From: Alphaproteobacteria bacterium
GTDB lineage: Bacteria > Pseudomonadota > Alphaproteobacteria > MPNO01
Assembly (NCBI GenBank): GCA_965248835.1
Contig: CBDFLJ010000002.1
Coordinates: 544,001 to 608,000, forward strand
Direction of reading: 5' to 3'
DNA: 64,000 bases
The notes below the pieces were generated by a model. That model had not been told where the DNA came from. It saw only the letters and a program-made list of their open reading frames with translations, and ran no database searches. A program made the translations under genes and the position numbers. The first letter of the stretch is position 1. Every line of letters starts with the position of its first letter. This document shows, piece after piece, positions 49,830-61,649 of this stretch.

Positions 49830-50423
49830 ATGTCCGAATGCCTGCGTATCGCCGAACTGGTCGACCGATTGGGCCGCATCGCCCACGGGCTGCAATACGC
49901 CTCCGGGTTGAACCCGGCCCAGTGGGAGGCGCTGCGGTTCATTGCCCGGGCCAACCGGTTCTCGCGCTACCCGGGCGCGATTGCCCGCTATCTGGGAACC
50001 ACGCGGGGCACCGTCTCCCAGACGCTGATCGCGCTCGAAAGCAAGGGCTATATCGCACGCTCGCGCTGTGCGGCGGACCGTCGGGCGATCGTCATCGAGC
50101 TGACGCAACAGGGACGCGTGTTGATCGAAGAGGACCCGCTGTGCCTGGTGCTGCGGGCCGCCGATGCGCTGAGCGGCGAGGCCCAGGGCCAGCTCGCCGA
50201 CGGGCTCGAAGGCCTGGTCCGCGCGGTGCAGGATGCCAAGGGCATTCCCGAGATCGGCCCGTGCCTGAGCTGCATTCATTTTCGCCCGGGCGCCGATGAC
50301 GATCCCGAGGCGGCGTGTCATTGCGCCCTCAACGACGCGCCGCTGTCGCTGGCGGAGACCCGCCAGCTCTGCATCGCGTTCCAGACGCCTCCGGTGGAGG
50401 AAGCAATCGCCGAGGCGGGCTAG
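49830..50423 (+). CDS. MarR family regulator with Cys-rich C-terminal domain
   Basis: wHTH 'LNPAQWEALRF...TRGTVSQTL..LE.KG...DRR...LT..G'; C-terminal 'CLSCIHF...CHCAL...LC'. Confidence 0.88.
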   Translation: MSECLRIAELVDRLGRIAHGLQYASGLNPAQWEALRFIARANRFSRYPGAIARYLGTTRGTVSQTLIALESKGYIARSRCAADRRAIVIELTQQGRVLIEEDPLCLVLRAADALSGEAQGQLADGLEGLVRAVQDAKGIPEIGPCLSCIHFRPGADDDPEAACHCALNDAPLSLAETRQLCIAFQTPPVEEAIAEAG

Positions 50424-51427
50424 CGTTTCAGGCGCGGGAACACCGACCTGACGTTGTCCTCGAAGATCGCTTGCCGCTCGGCCGGGCCCAAATCCTGCGC
50501 GTTGTCGATATAACGCTTGGTGTCGTCGAAAGCGAAGCCGGTCTCCGGATCGATGCCGCGCACCGCCCCGACCATCTCCGAAGCGAACAGGATGTTCTTG
50601 GTCGGGATCACCTTGGTCAGCAGGTCGATGCCCGGCTGGTGATAGACGCAGGTATCGAAATAGACGTTGTCCAGCAGCAGCTCGTCCAAGGGCGGCAGGC
50701 CCATGTCCTGGGCGAGCCCGCGATAGCGCCCCCAGTGGAACGGCACCGCCCCGCCGCCGTGCGGGATGATGAACTTCAGGCTCGGGAAGTCCTGGAACAG
50801 CTTCGAGGTCAGGAACTGCATGAAGGCCGCGGTGTCTCCGTTGATGTAATGCGCGCCGGTGAAATGGAAGTTCGGGTTGCATGACGACGAGACATGGACC
50901 ATCGCCGGGACCTCGAGCTCGACCATCTTCTCGTAGAGCGGATACCACCATCGGTCGAACAGCGGCGGGTCGGTCCAATAGCCGCCGGTCGGATCGGGGT
51001 TGAGGTTGAGGCCGATGAAGCCAAGCTCGTTGACGCACCGCTCGAGCTCGGGGATGCAGTTGGCCGGCGCGACGCGTGGGACCTGCGGCAATTGGCACAC
51101 CGCAACGAAGTTCTCCGGATAGAGCGTGCAGACCCGGTGGATCATGTCGTTGCAGATCTCCGACCAGTACCGGTTTGTGGTCTCGTTGCCGTCCTGGTGG
51201 GCCATGCCGGCGGCCCGCGGCGAGAAGACGGTCAGGTCGGTGCCGCGCTCGCGCTGGAGCTTGAGCTGCGCGCCCTCGACGCTGTCTCGGATCTCATCGT
51301 CGCTGATCGAAAGGTCGAAGGGCAGAAGCTTGTGGGCCGGATCGCCCAGTCCGGCGACCTGCGCGGCGCGGTAGGTCTTCAGCACCTCGGGTGCGGTGGT
51401 GTAGTGGCCATGGCAATCGATGATCAT
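50420..51427 (-). CDS. ligJ: 4-oxalomesaconate hydratase-like amidohydrolase
   Basis: 'MIIDCHGHYTTAP', 'FSPRA..MAH', 'NLNPDP.GG', 'PHGGGAVP.HWGRYRG', 'LFASEMVGAVRGIDP'. Confidence 0.9.
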   Translation of the reverse strand: MIIDCHGHYTTAPEVLKTYRAAQVAGLGDPAHKLLPFDLSISDDEIRDSVEGAQLKLQRERGTDLTVFSPRAAGMAHQDGNETTNRYWSEICNDMIHRVCTLYPENFVAVCQLPQVPRVAPANCIPELERCVNELGFIGLNLNPDPTGGYWTDPPLFDRWWYPLYEKMVELEVPAMVHVSSSCNPNFHFTGAHYINGDTAAFMQFLTSKLFQDFPSLKFIIPHGGGAVPFHWGRYRGLAQDMGLPPLDELLLDNVYFDTCVYHQPGIDLLTKVIPTKNILFASEMVGAVRGIDPETGFAFDDTKRYIDNAQDLGPAERQAIFEDNVRSVFPRLKR

Positions 51428-52290
51428 CGCGTCCGTCCTGTCACTTCGAGACCTTTCTCCAGCCCGTCATAGCTGCGCACCGGGGCGGCCATCAGGAAGG
51501 TGTAGCCTTCGGCAAGCACCCGCTCGAGGTTCCCGACATTGACGTGCGGATGGCCGACGGCCACGCCGTTGGCCTTGCAGGTGGCGACGATTTCGGCCAT
51601 GGCCTCCCGCACCGCAGGGTGATCGTATTGGCGCGGGAAGCCGAGCTCCTGGCTGAGATCGCCCTCGCCGATCAGGACCGCGCCGATGCCCGGCACCGAC
51701 TTCAGCATGTCGGCGAGATTCGCGATGCCCACGGTATCCTCGATCATCAGGATCACCAGGATCTCGCCGGCGGGATCCAGCGGCCAGACATCGGCCTTCC
51801 CGTAATAGGCCTGCTGGCCGAGGCCCCAGTAGCGCGCCGCCGCCGTCGGGCCGTCGCCGCGCACCCCTGCGGGCTCGTAGCGCTCGGCCGTGCGCAGCCG
51901 CGGGTAGCGGCACGCCGCGACCGCGTTATGGGCCTGATCGACGGTGCTGACATGCGGCCAGACGATCCCGTAAACGCCGAGATCCAGCGCCTGCTTGGCG
52001 TGCCACTGGCCCTTCTCCTCGCCGTTGGTGGGGACCCGGACCATCGGGGTGACCGCCGGTGCGAGCGAGCCCTTACCGGCGATCTGCGCCCGGTTGAGCA
52101 GGTATTGGAGGCAATCCCTTAGCGCGCCGCCATCCCACGGGTTGTGCTCCATCTCGAAGACGATCCCGTCATAGCGCGTGGTCGAAAACGCGAGCGCCGT
52201 AACGACATCGGCGGTGGCGAAGGACGTGAACGCCGGCTGGCCGTTCTCCAGCGCGCCGATCACGCCGTTGAGCCGTGGCATTTCGGGCAT
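51424..52290 (-). CDS. HpcH/HpaI class II pyruvate aldolase family protein
   Basis: 'FEMEH', 'PMVRVP', 'ALDLG', 'CRYP', 'MIED', 'IGEGDLSQELG'; ATGA overlap with ligJ. Confidence 0.88.
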   Translation of the reverse strand: MPEMPRLNGVIGALENGQPAFTSFATADVVTALAFSTTRYDGIVFEMEHNPWDGGALRDCLQYLLNRAQIAGKGSLAPAVTPMVRVPTNGEEKGQWHAKQALDLGVYGIVWPHVSTVDQAHNAVAACRYPRLRTAERYEPAGVRGDGPTAAARYWGLGQQAYYGKADVWPLDPAGEILVILMIEDTVGIANLADMLKSVPGIGAVLIGEGDLSQELGFPRQYDHPAVREAMAEIVATCKANGVAVGHPHVNVGNLERVLAEGYTFLMAAPVRSYDGLEKGLEVTGRTR

Positions 52291-52429
52291 GGACCCCCCT
52301 TTGGCGGCCTGCGGTGCGCCGCAGCGGCAGCATGCGGCATTCGATGACAGTCGGCCCCAAGCCTAGCATGATCATGCCGGCGGTGCTGCGAGAACCGCCG
52401 ACCAACGGGATATCGCGGTCCGGGCCGGC

Positions 52430-52873
52430 TCAGCCGGCCGCGCCGCGGCAGCGCTTCAGATAGGCTTCCATGCGGGCGCGCATGGGTTGGGGGATCTCGA
52501 TCGATCGGCCGGCGGAGCGCCGGCCGATCGAATTGACGATATTGACCCGGAACGCCTCCTCGCCGTCGGTGCGGCCGATGCAGGCGTAGTGGATCGACGA
52601 TCTGCCGAGCTTGGTCAACAGGAGCGAGATTTCCAATTCGTCGCCCATCCGGACCGCCTTCTTGAAATCGGCGTCGCTGTGGACGACGGGGAACATGCGG
52701 TCGTGGACGAAGAATTCGTCGGCGAACGGGATGCCCAGATGGTCGACCAGCCAGTCCTCGAACAGCGTGTTGCACATGCGGTAGAATTCGACGAAGAAGA
52801 CGATGCCCGCCGGGTCGCAATTGCTGAACTCGATACGCCTGCGGATCGAATAGAGCGGGCCGTTCTCGGACAT
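52430..52873 (-). CDS. Acyl-CoA thioesterase (4-HBT/YbgC hotdog)
   Basis: 'IEFSNCDPAGIVFF', 'FPVVH..ADF', 'GRSSI'. Confidence 0.88.
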   Translation of the reverse strand: MSENGPLYSIRRRIEFSNCDPAGIVFFVEFYRMCNTLFEDWLVDHLGIPFADEFFVHDRMFPVVHSDADFKKAVRMGDELEISLLLTKLGRSSIHYACIGRTDGEEAFRVNIVNSIGRRSAGRSIEIPQPMRARMEAYLKRCRGAAG

Positions 52874-53144
52874 CTTGTCTCCTGGCGGCTGGGCCGGCCC
52901 ACTCTATAGTGAGCGTGCCGGGCGCGGGCAAGGCGGGCGGCGGTCATCGTCGACCAAAGCCCGGCGCGGCGTTCGATGCCCGCCCTGCGCATCTGGCACC
53001 GCTTGCGGTCTATCTGATAAGCTGCCGCCGACGAAGAGCTGTTGAGACCGACCTGGGTTCGCATGCTTGAAGCGATGCCGAACAGCGCTGCCCGCCGCGC
53101 CACGCCGCGGCGGTGAGTCGAGCCGTCCAACCGCGCCCGCAGGC

Positions 53145-54059
53145 ATGGAATATTTCCTGCAGCAGTTGATCAACGGGGTGACGCTGGGCGCCGTCTACGG
53201 GCTGATCGCGATCGGCTACACGATGGTCTACGGCATCATCGGGATGATCAATTTCGCCCATGGCGAGATCTATATGATCGGCGCCTTCATCGCGCTGATC
53301 ACCTTCCTGATTCTGGGGCCCGCGGGCGGCGGATTCCTGGTCCTGGCGCTGCTGATCGTCCTCCTGGTCTCGATGATGCTGACCGCGGTCTACGGATGGA
53401 CCCTGGAGCGGCTGGCCTACCGGCCGCTGCGCGGCTCGCCCCGTCTGGCCGCCCTGATCTCGGCGATCGGGATGTCGATCGCCTTGCAGAACTATGTCCA
53501 GCTGACCCAGGGCGCGCGCACCAAGGCGATCCCGCCGGTGATCCCCGGCGGTCTCGAGCTCGCCGCCAAGGACGGCTTCGTCGTCTCGCTGAGCTACATG
53601 CAGATCATCATCGTCGTGCTCACGCTCGCGCTGATGGCGGTGTTCTCGCTTGTCATCGCCCGTACCGCGCTCGGCCGCGCCCAACGCGCGTGCGAACAGG
53701 ACCGGACGATGGCAGCCCTGGTCGGCATCGATGTCGACCGGACGATCGCGGTCACCTTCATCATCGGCGCATCGCTGGCCGCCGTCGCGGGGACCATCGC
53801 CACGCTCTATTACGGCGTGATCGACTTCTTCATCGGCTTCCTGGCCGGGATCAAGGCCTTCACCGCGGCGGTGCTCGGCGGCATCGGCTCGATCCCCGGC
53901 GCGATGTTGGGCGGGCTGCTGATCGGGCTGATCGAGGCCTTCTGGTCGGGCTATTTCACCACCGAATACAAGGATGTCGCAGCGTTCTCGATCCTCGTGC
54001 TGGTGTTGATCTTCCGTCCCACCGGCCTGCTCGGCCGGCCCGAAGTCGAGAAGGTCTGA
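53145..54059 (+). CDS. livH: Branched-chain amino acid ABC permease
   Basis: 'QQLING...YGLIAIGYTMVYGIIGMINFAHGE', 'KAFTAAVLGGIGS'. Confidence 0.95.
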   Translation: MEYFLQQLINGVTLGAVYGLIAIGYTMVYGIIGMINFAHGEIYMIGAFIALITFLILGPAGGGFLVLALLIVLLVSMMLTAVYGWTLERLAYRPLRGSPRLAALISAIGMSIALQNYVQLTQGARTKAIPPVIPGGLELAAKDGFVVSLSYMQIIIVVLTLALMAVFSLVIARTALGRAQRACEQDRTMAALVGIDVDRTIAVTFIIGASLAAVAGTIATLYYGVIDFFIGFLAGIKAFTAAVLGGIGSIPGAMLGGLLIGLIEAFWSGYFTTEYKDVAAFSILVLVLIFRPTGLLGRPEVEKV

Positions 54060-54062
54060 AGC

Positions 54063-55471
<1,409 letters not shown>

Positions 55472-55475
<4 letters not shown>

Positions 55476-56266
55476 CCACGCCGCTGCTTGCGGTCGAGCA
55501 TATGACGATGCGCTTCGGTGGGCTGGTCGCCGTCGATGACGTCGGCTTCGAGGCGCGCTCGGGCCAGATCACCGCCCTGATCGGTCCCAACGGGGCAGGC
55601 AAGACCACCGTGTTCAACTGCCTGACCGGTTTCTACAAGCCGAGCGTCGGCCGCCTTGCGCTGGCCCGCGACGGCCGTGTCCATCTGCTCGAGCGGCTTG
55701 AAGACTTCCGCATCGCGCGCGAGGCCGGCGTCGCGCGCACCTTCCAGAACATCCGGGTGTTCCCCCACATGTCCGTGCTGGAGAACCTGATGGTCGCCCA
55801 GCACAACCGGCTCATGCGCGCCTCCGGGTTCACGCTTCTCGGGCTGTTCGGCATGCCCGGCTACCGCGCCGCCGAGGCGCAGGCGGTCGAGCGTGCGCGC
55901 TATTGGCTGGACAAGACCGGCCTGGCCGATCGGGCCGATACCGATGCCGGGAACCTGCCCTATGGCGATCAGCGCCGGCTGGAGATCGCGCGCGCGATGT
56001 GCACGCAACCGGTGCTGTTGTGCCTGGACGAGCCGGCGGCCGGACTCAACCCGCGCGAGACCGAGGCGCTCAACGATCTGCTGCGGACGATCCGCGGCGA
56101 GCATCGGATCGGGATCCTCCTGATCGAGCACGACATGTCGGTGGTGATGGGCATCTCCGATCACGTCGTGGTCCTCGATTATGGCCGCAAGATCGCGCAA
56201 GGCACCCCCGAGGCGGTGCGCAGCGACCCGGCGGTGATCCGCGCCTATCTTGGCGACGACGCGTGA
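55472..56266 (+). CDS. livG: BCAA ABC ATP-binding protein
   Basis: 'FGGLVAV', 'GPNGAGKTT', 'RTFQNIR', 'LDEPAAGLN', 'IEHDM'. Confidence 0.95.
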
Positions 56267-56270
56267 GCCG

Positions 56271-56985
<715 letters not shown>

Positions 56986-56993
<8 letters not shown>

Positions 56994-57324
56994 GTTCAAC
57001 TGGCCGGTCTTCATCGGTCTGACCGTGGTGATCATCGGCGGGGCGGGGTTTCTCACCGGCCATGCGCTGGCGCGCGGCTGGCGGCCGGCCTGGCAGGTCG
57101 TTCTCTATTCGGCGTTGCTGGGGCTGGCCGACCGGTTCCTGAACTACGCCCTGTTCGACGGCGTGCTGCTGTCGCTGTCGGGCTACCTGATCGGGACGGC
57201 GGTGATCTGCGGCCTCGGCCTGCTTGCTTATCGCCTCACCCGGGTCGGCACGATGGTCGCGCAATATCCCTGGCTCTACGAGCGTGCGGGCTTGTTCGCC
57301 TGGCGCGAGAAGGACGGCGGCTGA
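56986..57324 (+). CDS. Small membrane protein commonly following livF in Alphaproteobacteria (DUF6867-like)
   Basis: Three hydrophobic segments, 'RFLNYALF.G.LLS', 'MVAQYPWLYER.G..AW'. Confidence 0.75.
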
Positions 57325-57383
57325 GTTGAAGCACCGTCCGGGCTTGGCTACACCTTGAGGCGCATAACAGACGGGAGGCGGGG

Positions 57384-58340
57384 ATGACCACGCTGATCAC
57401 AGGCGCCGGCCTGGTCGGGACGAGCTATGCCCTATGCGCGTCGGCGCGCGGCGAGAAAGTCGTCTTCCTCGACCCGCTGCCGCGCGAGGACTACCTGAAG
57501 ACCAGGCTGGGCGACGCGGACTACGCCATCGAGCGCGAGGACGTGCGCCATCTGGCCGGTCTCGTCGATGCGATCCGCAGGCATGAGGCCGACACCGTGC
57601 TCCACACCGCAGGCCTGATCGGGCGCAAGGTCGAGGAGCCGCTGCACAACGGCATCGACCTCAACATCAACGGCGCGATCGCGGTCTGCGAGGCCGCCCG
57701 CCTGACCGGCGTTCGCCGGCTCATGTCGATCTCGACCTTCGGTGCCTATGACTGGCGCAAGGACGCGCCGGGCGGGATCATCAAGGAGGACTTCGCCCGC
57801 GGCAGCGGCCTGCCCTATTCCAACACCAAGGCCGCCCAGGAGCTGATCATGGAGGCCTATCAGTATCAGTACGGCTTCGATGTCGCGATCGTCAGGCCCG
57901 CCAACGTCTTCGGCGTCGGTCATTTCTGGGGCGGCTCCGGCGGCGGCGAGAAGTGCCATGCCCTGGTCGAGGCCGGCATCCGCGGCACGCCGGCGAAGAT
58001 CCCCGAGGAACAGACGATGTCCTTCGAATACATCTATTCCAAGGATATCGGCCGCGCGCTCGATCTGTGCGCGACCCGCGATCTGCCGAAATATTCGGTC
58101 TTCAATATCGGTATCGGCGCGGTCACCACCTTCGAGGCGCTGGTCGCCGCGGTCCGCGCCACCCTGCCCAACCTCGAAATCGACATCGTGCCCGGCCGCG
58201 CGCCGGTCTCGCGCACCGATCACATGGACATCGGCCACGCGCGCGACGTGCTCGGCTGGCAGCCCGAATACACGCTGGAGTCCGGCTTTGCCGCCTATGT
58301 CGAGGAGATGCGCGCGGTGATGGGCGCGAACGCACCGTAA
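57384..58340 (+). CDS. NAD-dependent epimerase/dehydratase (extended SDR)
   Basis: 'LITGAGLVG', 'HTAG', YxxxK 'YSNTK', 'RPANVFG'. Confidence 0.88.
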   Translation: MTTLITGAGLVGTSYALCASARGEKVVFLDPLPREDYLKTRLGDADYAIEREDVRHLAGLVDAIRRHEADTVLHTAGLIGRKVEEPLHNGIDLNINGAIAVCEAARLTGVRRLMSISTFGAYDWRKDAPGGIIKEDFARGSGLPYSNTKAAQELIMEAYQYQYGFDVAIVRPANVFGVGHFWGGSGGGEKCHALVEAGIRGTPAKIPEEQTMSFEYIYSKDIGRALDLCATRDLPKYSVFNIGIGAVTTFEALVAAVRATLPNLEIDIVPGRAPVSRTDHMDIGHARDVLGWQPEYTLESGFAAYVEEMRAVMGANAP

Positions 58341-58397
58341 GGGCGGCGATCCACCCGCCGCCGCGCTTCACGATCTGGAGCTTGTCCGGAACACCCT

Positions 58398-59384
58398 TTA
58401 GCCGGGTGGCTCGTAGCGCACGACCTTCTGGTCGATGACGCCGAAGACCGCGTTTCCGACGGCATCGCGCATCTCGATCCGCACCCGGTCGCCGAAGCGC
58501 ATGAAGGGAGTCTCCGGGGCGCCGCGCTCGATGGTCTCCACGGTGCGAACCTCGGCCAGGCAGGCCGAGCCGACCGCGCGCTCGTGGTTGGAGATCGTGC
58601 CCGAGCCCAGGATCGTGCCGGCCGCGAGCGTGCGGCTCTTGGCGGCATGAGCGATCAGCCGGGGCATGTCGAAATACATGTCGGTGCCGGCATTGGGGTG
58701 GCCGATCGCAACCCCGTTGAGCGAGACCCGCATGTCGAGGGTCATCTTGGTGCCGTCCCAGGCCGCGCTCAGGGCATCGGGCGTGACGAACACCGGCGAG
58801 AACGCCGTCGTCGGCTTGCCCTGGAGAAAGCCGAACCCCTTGGCCAGCTCGTTCGGAATCAGGTTCCGCAGGCTGACGTCGTTGCACAGCCCGATCAGCT
58901 TGATATGCGCTGCCGCGTCCTGGGCGCCGATGCCCATCGGCACGTCGTCGAGGATGGCCACGACCTCCGCCTCCATGTCGATGCCCCAGGCCTCGTCCGC
59001 CAATGCGATGTCATCGCACGGCCCGATCAGGCTGTCCGAGGCGCCCTGATACATCAGCGGATCGTCATAGAGCTGCTCCGGCATCTCCGCCCCGCGCGCC
59101 TTGCGCACCAGCTCGACGTGGCTGAGATAGGCGCTCGCGTCGACCCACTGGTAGGCGCGCGGCAGGATCGCGGCGCAGTCCTCGGGCCGGAACGCGAACG
59201 TCGCCGCATCGCCGCGGTTGACCGCGGCGGCGAGGCTTTCCAGCAACGGTGCCGCGCTCGCCCATTCATCGATCGCCGCCTGCATGGTCTTCGCGATCGA
59301 AGCAGCCTCGGCCGCCCGCGTCAGCCCGTCATCGACGACCACCAGCCGCCCGTCGCGCCCGCCCTTCAGCGTTGCGAGTTTCAT
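58398..59384 (-). CDS. Fumarylacetoacetate hydrolase family protein
   Basis: 'MKLATLK..RDGRLVVV', 'PRAYQWVD.SAY', 'IDMEAEV', 'NDVSLRNLIP.EL.KGFGF.Q.KP', 'GSGTISN'. Confidence 0.92.
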   Translation of the reverse strand: MKLATLKGGRDGRLVVVDDGLTRAAEAASIAKTMQAAIDEWASAAPLLESLAAAVNRGDAATFAFRPEDCAAILPRAYQWVDASAYLSHVELVRKARGAEMPEQLYDDPLMYQGASDSLIGPCDDIALADEAWGIDMEAEVVAILDDVPMGIGAQDAAAHIKLIGLCNDVSLRNLIPNELAKGFGFLQGKPTTAFSPVFVTPDALSAAWDGTKMTLDMRVSLNGVAIGHPNAGTDMYFDMPRLIAHAAKSRTLAAGTILGSGTISNHERAVGSACLAEVRTVETIERGAPETPFMRFGDRVRIEMRDAVGNAVFGVIDQKVVRYEPPG

Positions 59385-59516
59385 CAACCGACCCTCGAAA
59401 TTCCGGGAGAACAGGAAACGTGCTAGTCATAAACAGCGTCGCGATGTCGTTCAACGCGCGCGATGCGGCCTACCGGCCCGCCGCAATGTCCGGTCCGGCA
59501 ACGGAGGATCGATCCG

Positions 59517-60308
59517 ATGGCGCTTCACCGCGACTCCCGTGCCGTGGAAGCCCGGCTGCGTGTCGAAATCGCCTCCATGACCCGTATCCTGGTGGCCGAG
59601 GGCATCATGGACTATAGCGGCCATGTCAGCGCCCGCCTGCCCGACGGCGATTTTTTCCTGATCCAGCCCATGGCCACGCCGCGCGGCGAGCTGCGCCCCG
59701 AAGACGCGCTCGAGGCCGGGCTCGACGGCCGTCCGCGGCGGGTGGGCCAGGGTCCGGCGCCCCCGGCGGAGATCTTCATACACGCCGAGATCTACCGCGC
59801 CCGCCCGGAGCTGCGGGCGATCCTGCATTGCCACCCCGAGAGCGCGATCCTGTTCACCCTGGCCGAGGGCGCCCGTCTGGTGCCGGTCCGCAACCACGCC
59901 TCGCGGTGGGCGGCCGGCATACCGGTCCATCCCGACCCCGGCCATATCGACACCGCCGCGCGCGGCGCGGCGCTGGCACGCAGCCTGGGAGATTGCTTTG
60001 CGTTGCTGATCCGCGCCCACGGCGTCGTGCTGGCCGCCGAATCGGTCCCGGCACTGCTGTCCGATGCGGTCCATTTCGAGGAGAACGCCCGTGCCCAGCT
60101 CGCAGCCAGCCAACTCGGCCCGGTCGATCCGCTGAGCGCCCAGGACATGGCCGGGTTCCTCGACCGGTTCGACCGCACCGCCCACGCCGCGAAGCTGTGG
60201 GCCTACTACACCGGAAAGGCACGTGCGGCCGGCAAGCTGCCGGAGGCTTGGGCAGCCGAGATGGGCGAGGGACTGGCCGGCAGCGAAGTCGGTATCGAAG
60301 GCGATTGA
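59517..60308 (+). CDS. Class II aldolase/adducin family protein (possible decarboxylase)
   Basis: 'GHVSAR', 'EIFIHAEIYRARP', 'HCHP', 'LIRAHG'. Confidence 0.88.
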   Translation: MALHRDSRAVEARLRVEIASMTRILVAEGIMDYSGHVSARLPDGDFFLIQPMATPRGELRPEDALEAGLDGRPRRVGQGPAPPAEIFIHAEIYRARPELRAILHCHPESAILFTLAEGARLVPVRNHASRWAAGIPVHPDPGHIDTAARGAALARSLGDCFALLIRAHGVVLAAESVPALLSDAVHFEENARAQLAASQLGPVDPLSAQDMAGFLDRFDRTAHAAKLWAYYTGKARAAGKLPEAWAAEMGEGLAGSEVGIEGD

Positions 60309-60362
60309 TGCCGGACAAGGTCGTGTCCTAGGCTGACACCAGGATCATGGGGAGACCGCACC

Positions 60363-61475
60363 ATGACGCGCAAAGCCACCCGAATGTACAACGCGAACCG
60401 GTTCAAGCTCGGCCTGTTCGCACCGAACTGCTCGAACGGGCTTGCGATCACCACCGTGCCCGAGCGCTGGGACGCATCCTGGGACAACAATGTCGCGCTT
60501 GCCTGCCAGGCCGAGGCGGCGGGGCTGGAGTTCATCCTGCCGATCGCCCGCTGGCACGGCTACGACGGCGATGAGGTGTCCACCCAGGGCGAGACCCTGG
60601 AGACCATCGCCTGGGCCATCGGCCTGCTCGCCCGGACTCAGGAGATCTGCTTCTTCGGCACCGTCCATGCGCCGTTAATCAACCCGGTCTTCGCGGCCAA
60701 GCAGATCGCGACCGCCGATCATGTCGGTCAAGGCCGGTTCGGCCTCAACGTCGTCTCCGGCTGGAACCAGACCGAGTTCAACATGTTCGGCGTGGGCTTG
60801 CGCGCGCACGACGACCGCTACGCGTACGCCGAGGAATGGCTCGGCATCGTCAAGCGTATCTGGACCGAGGATGCCCCGTTCGATCATGACGGTGCGTTCA
60901 TGACGCTGAAAGGCGTTATCGGCTCACCCAAGCCGTGCTTCGGCGAGACCCCGATGCTGATGAGCGCCGGCTCGTCCCAGGCAGGCCGCGCGTTCGCCGC
61001 GCGCAGCGCCGATTGCCTGTTCATGCTGATCGTCGATGAGGACAAGCTGGAGCCGGAGATCGCCGCGACGCGCGCGCTTGCGGCCGGGCGCCACATCGGG
61101 GTCTACGCATCAGGCCATGTCGTCACCCGGGCGACCCAGAAGGAGGCGGAGGACTACTACGTCTACTACGCCGAGGAGAAGGCCGATGCGGCCGGGGTCG
61201 ACTACCTGATGGAAGGCCGCAAGAACACCCAGTCGCTGCCGGCCGAGCTGATGCCGAAGATGCGCCGCCGGATGGCGAGCGGGCTCGGCACCTATCCGAT
61301 CGTCGGTTCGCCCGACCATGTCGCGCAGACCTTCGCGAAGCTCAACCGCGCCGGGCTCGACGGGATGGCCTTCGGGCTGGTGAACTTCATCGACGAGCTG
61401 CCGTTCTTCGCCGCCGAGGTGCTGCCGCGGATGGAGTGGCTGGGCCTGCGGGAGACGCGTCTCGCTGCTGCCTGA
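60363..61475 (+). CDS. LLM-class flavin-dependent monooxygenase (SfnG/RutA-like clade)
   Basis: 'FKLGLFAPNCS.G', 'LPIARWHGY', 'AAKQIATADHV..GRFGLNVVSGW', 'MSAGSS..GR.FAA'. Confidence 0.9.
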   Translation: MTRKATRMYNANRFKLGLFAPNCSNGLAITTVPERWDASWDNNVALACQAEAAGLEFILPIARWHGYDGDEVSTQGETLETIAWAIGLLARTQEICFFGTVHAPLINPVFAAKQIATADHVGQGRFGLNVVSGWNQTEFNMFGVGLRAHDDRYAYAEEWLGIVKRIWTEDAPFDHDGAFMTLKGVIGSPKPCFGETPMLMSAGSSQAGRAFAARSADCLFMLIVDEDKLEPEIAATRALAAGRHIGVYASGHVVTRATQKEAEDYYVYYAEEKADAAGVDYLMEGRKNTQSLPAELMPKMRRRMASGLGTYPIVGSPDHVAQTFAKLNRAGLDGMAFGLVNFIDELPFFAAEVLPRMEWLGLRETRLAAA

Positions 61476-61649
61476 GCGCCGCGCTTGCCGAGCCTGCCCC
61501 GCGCCGGGCGAAACAGCCCGGCCGGCGCGGCTCCATCGCCCTGTCCATTCGCGTTTCGCGATCCCTGTGATGCCGACAATGTATTGGTATTCGTCCGCCG
61601 CAGCCGGTAGTTTCCCCACCGTCCGGGAAGCACAGGCAGGAGAGGCACG

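Noticed and set aside
61560-61600. AT-richer patch TGCCGACAATGTATTGGTA upstream of the first ubiD
   Set aside because: Could be a promoter or operator, but the symmetry is too weak to call
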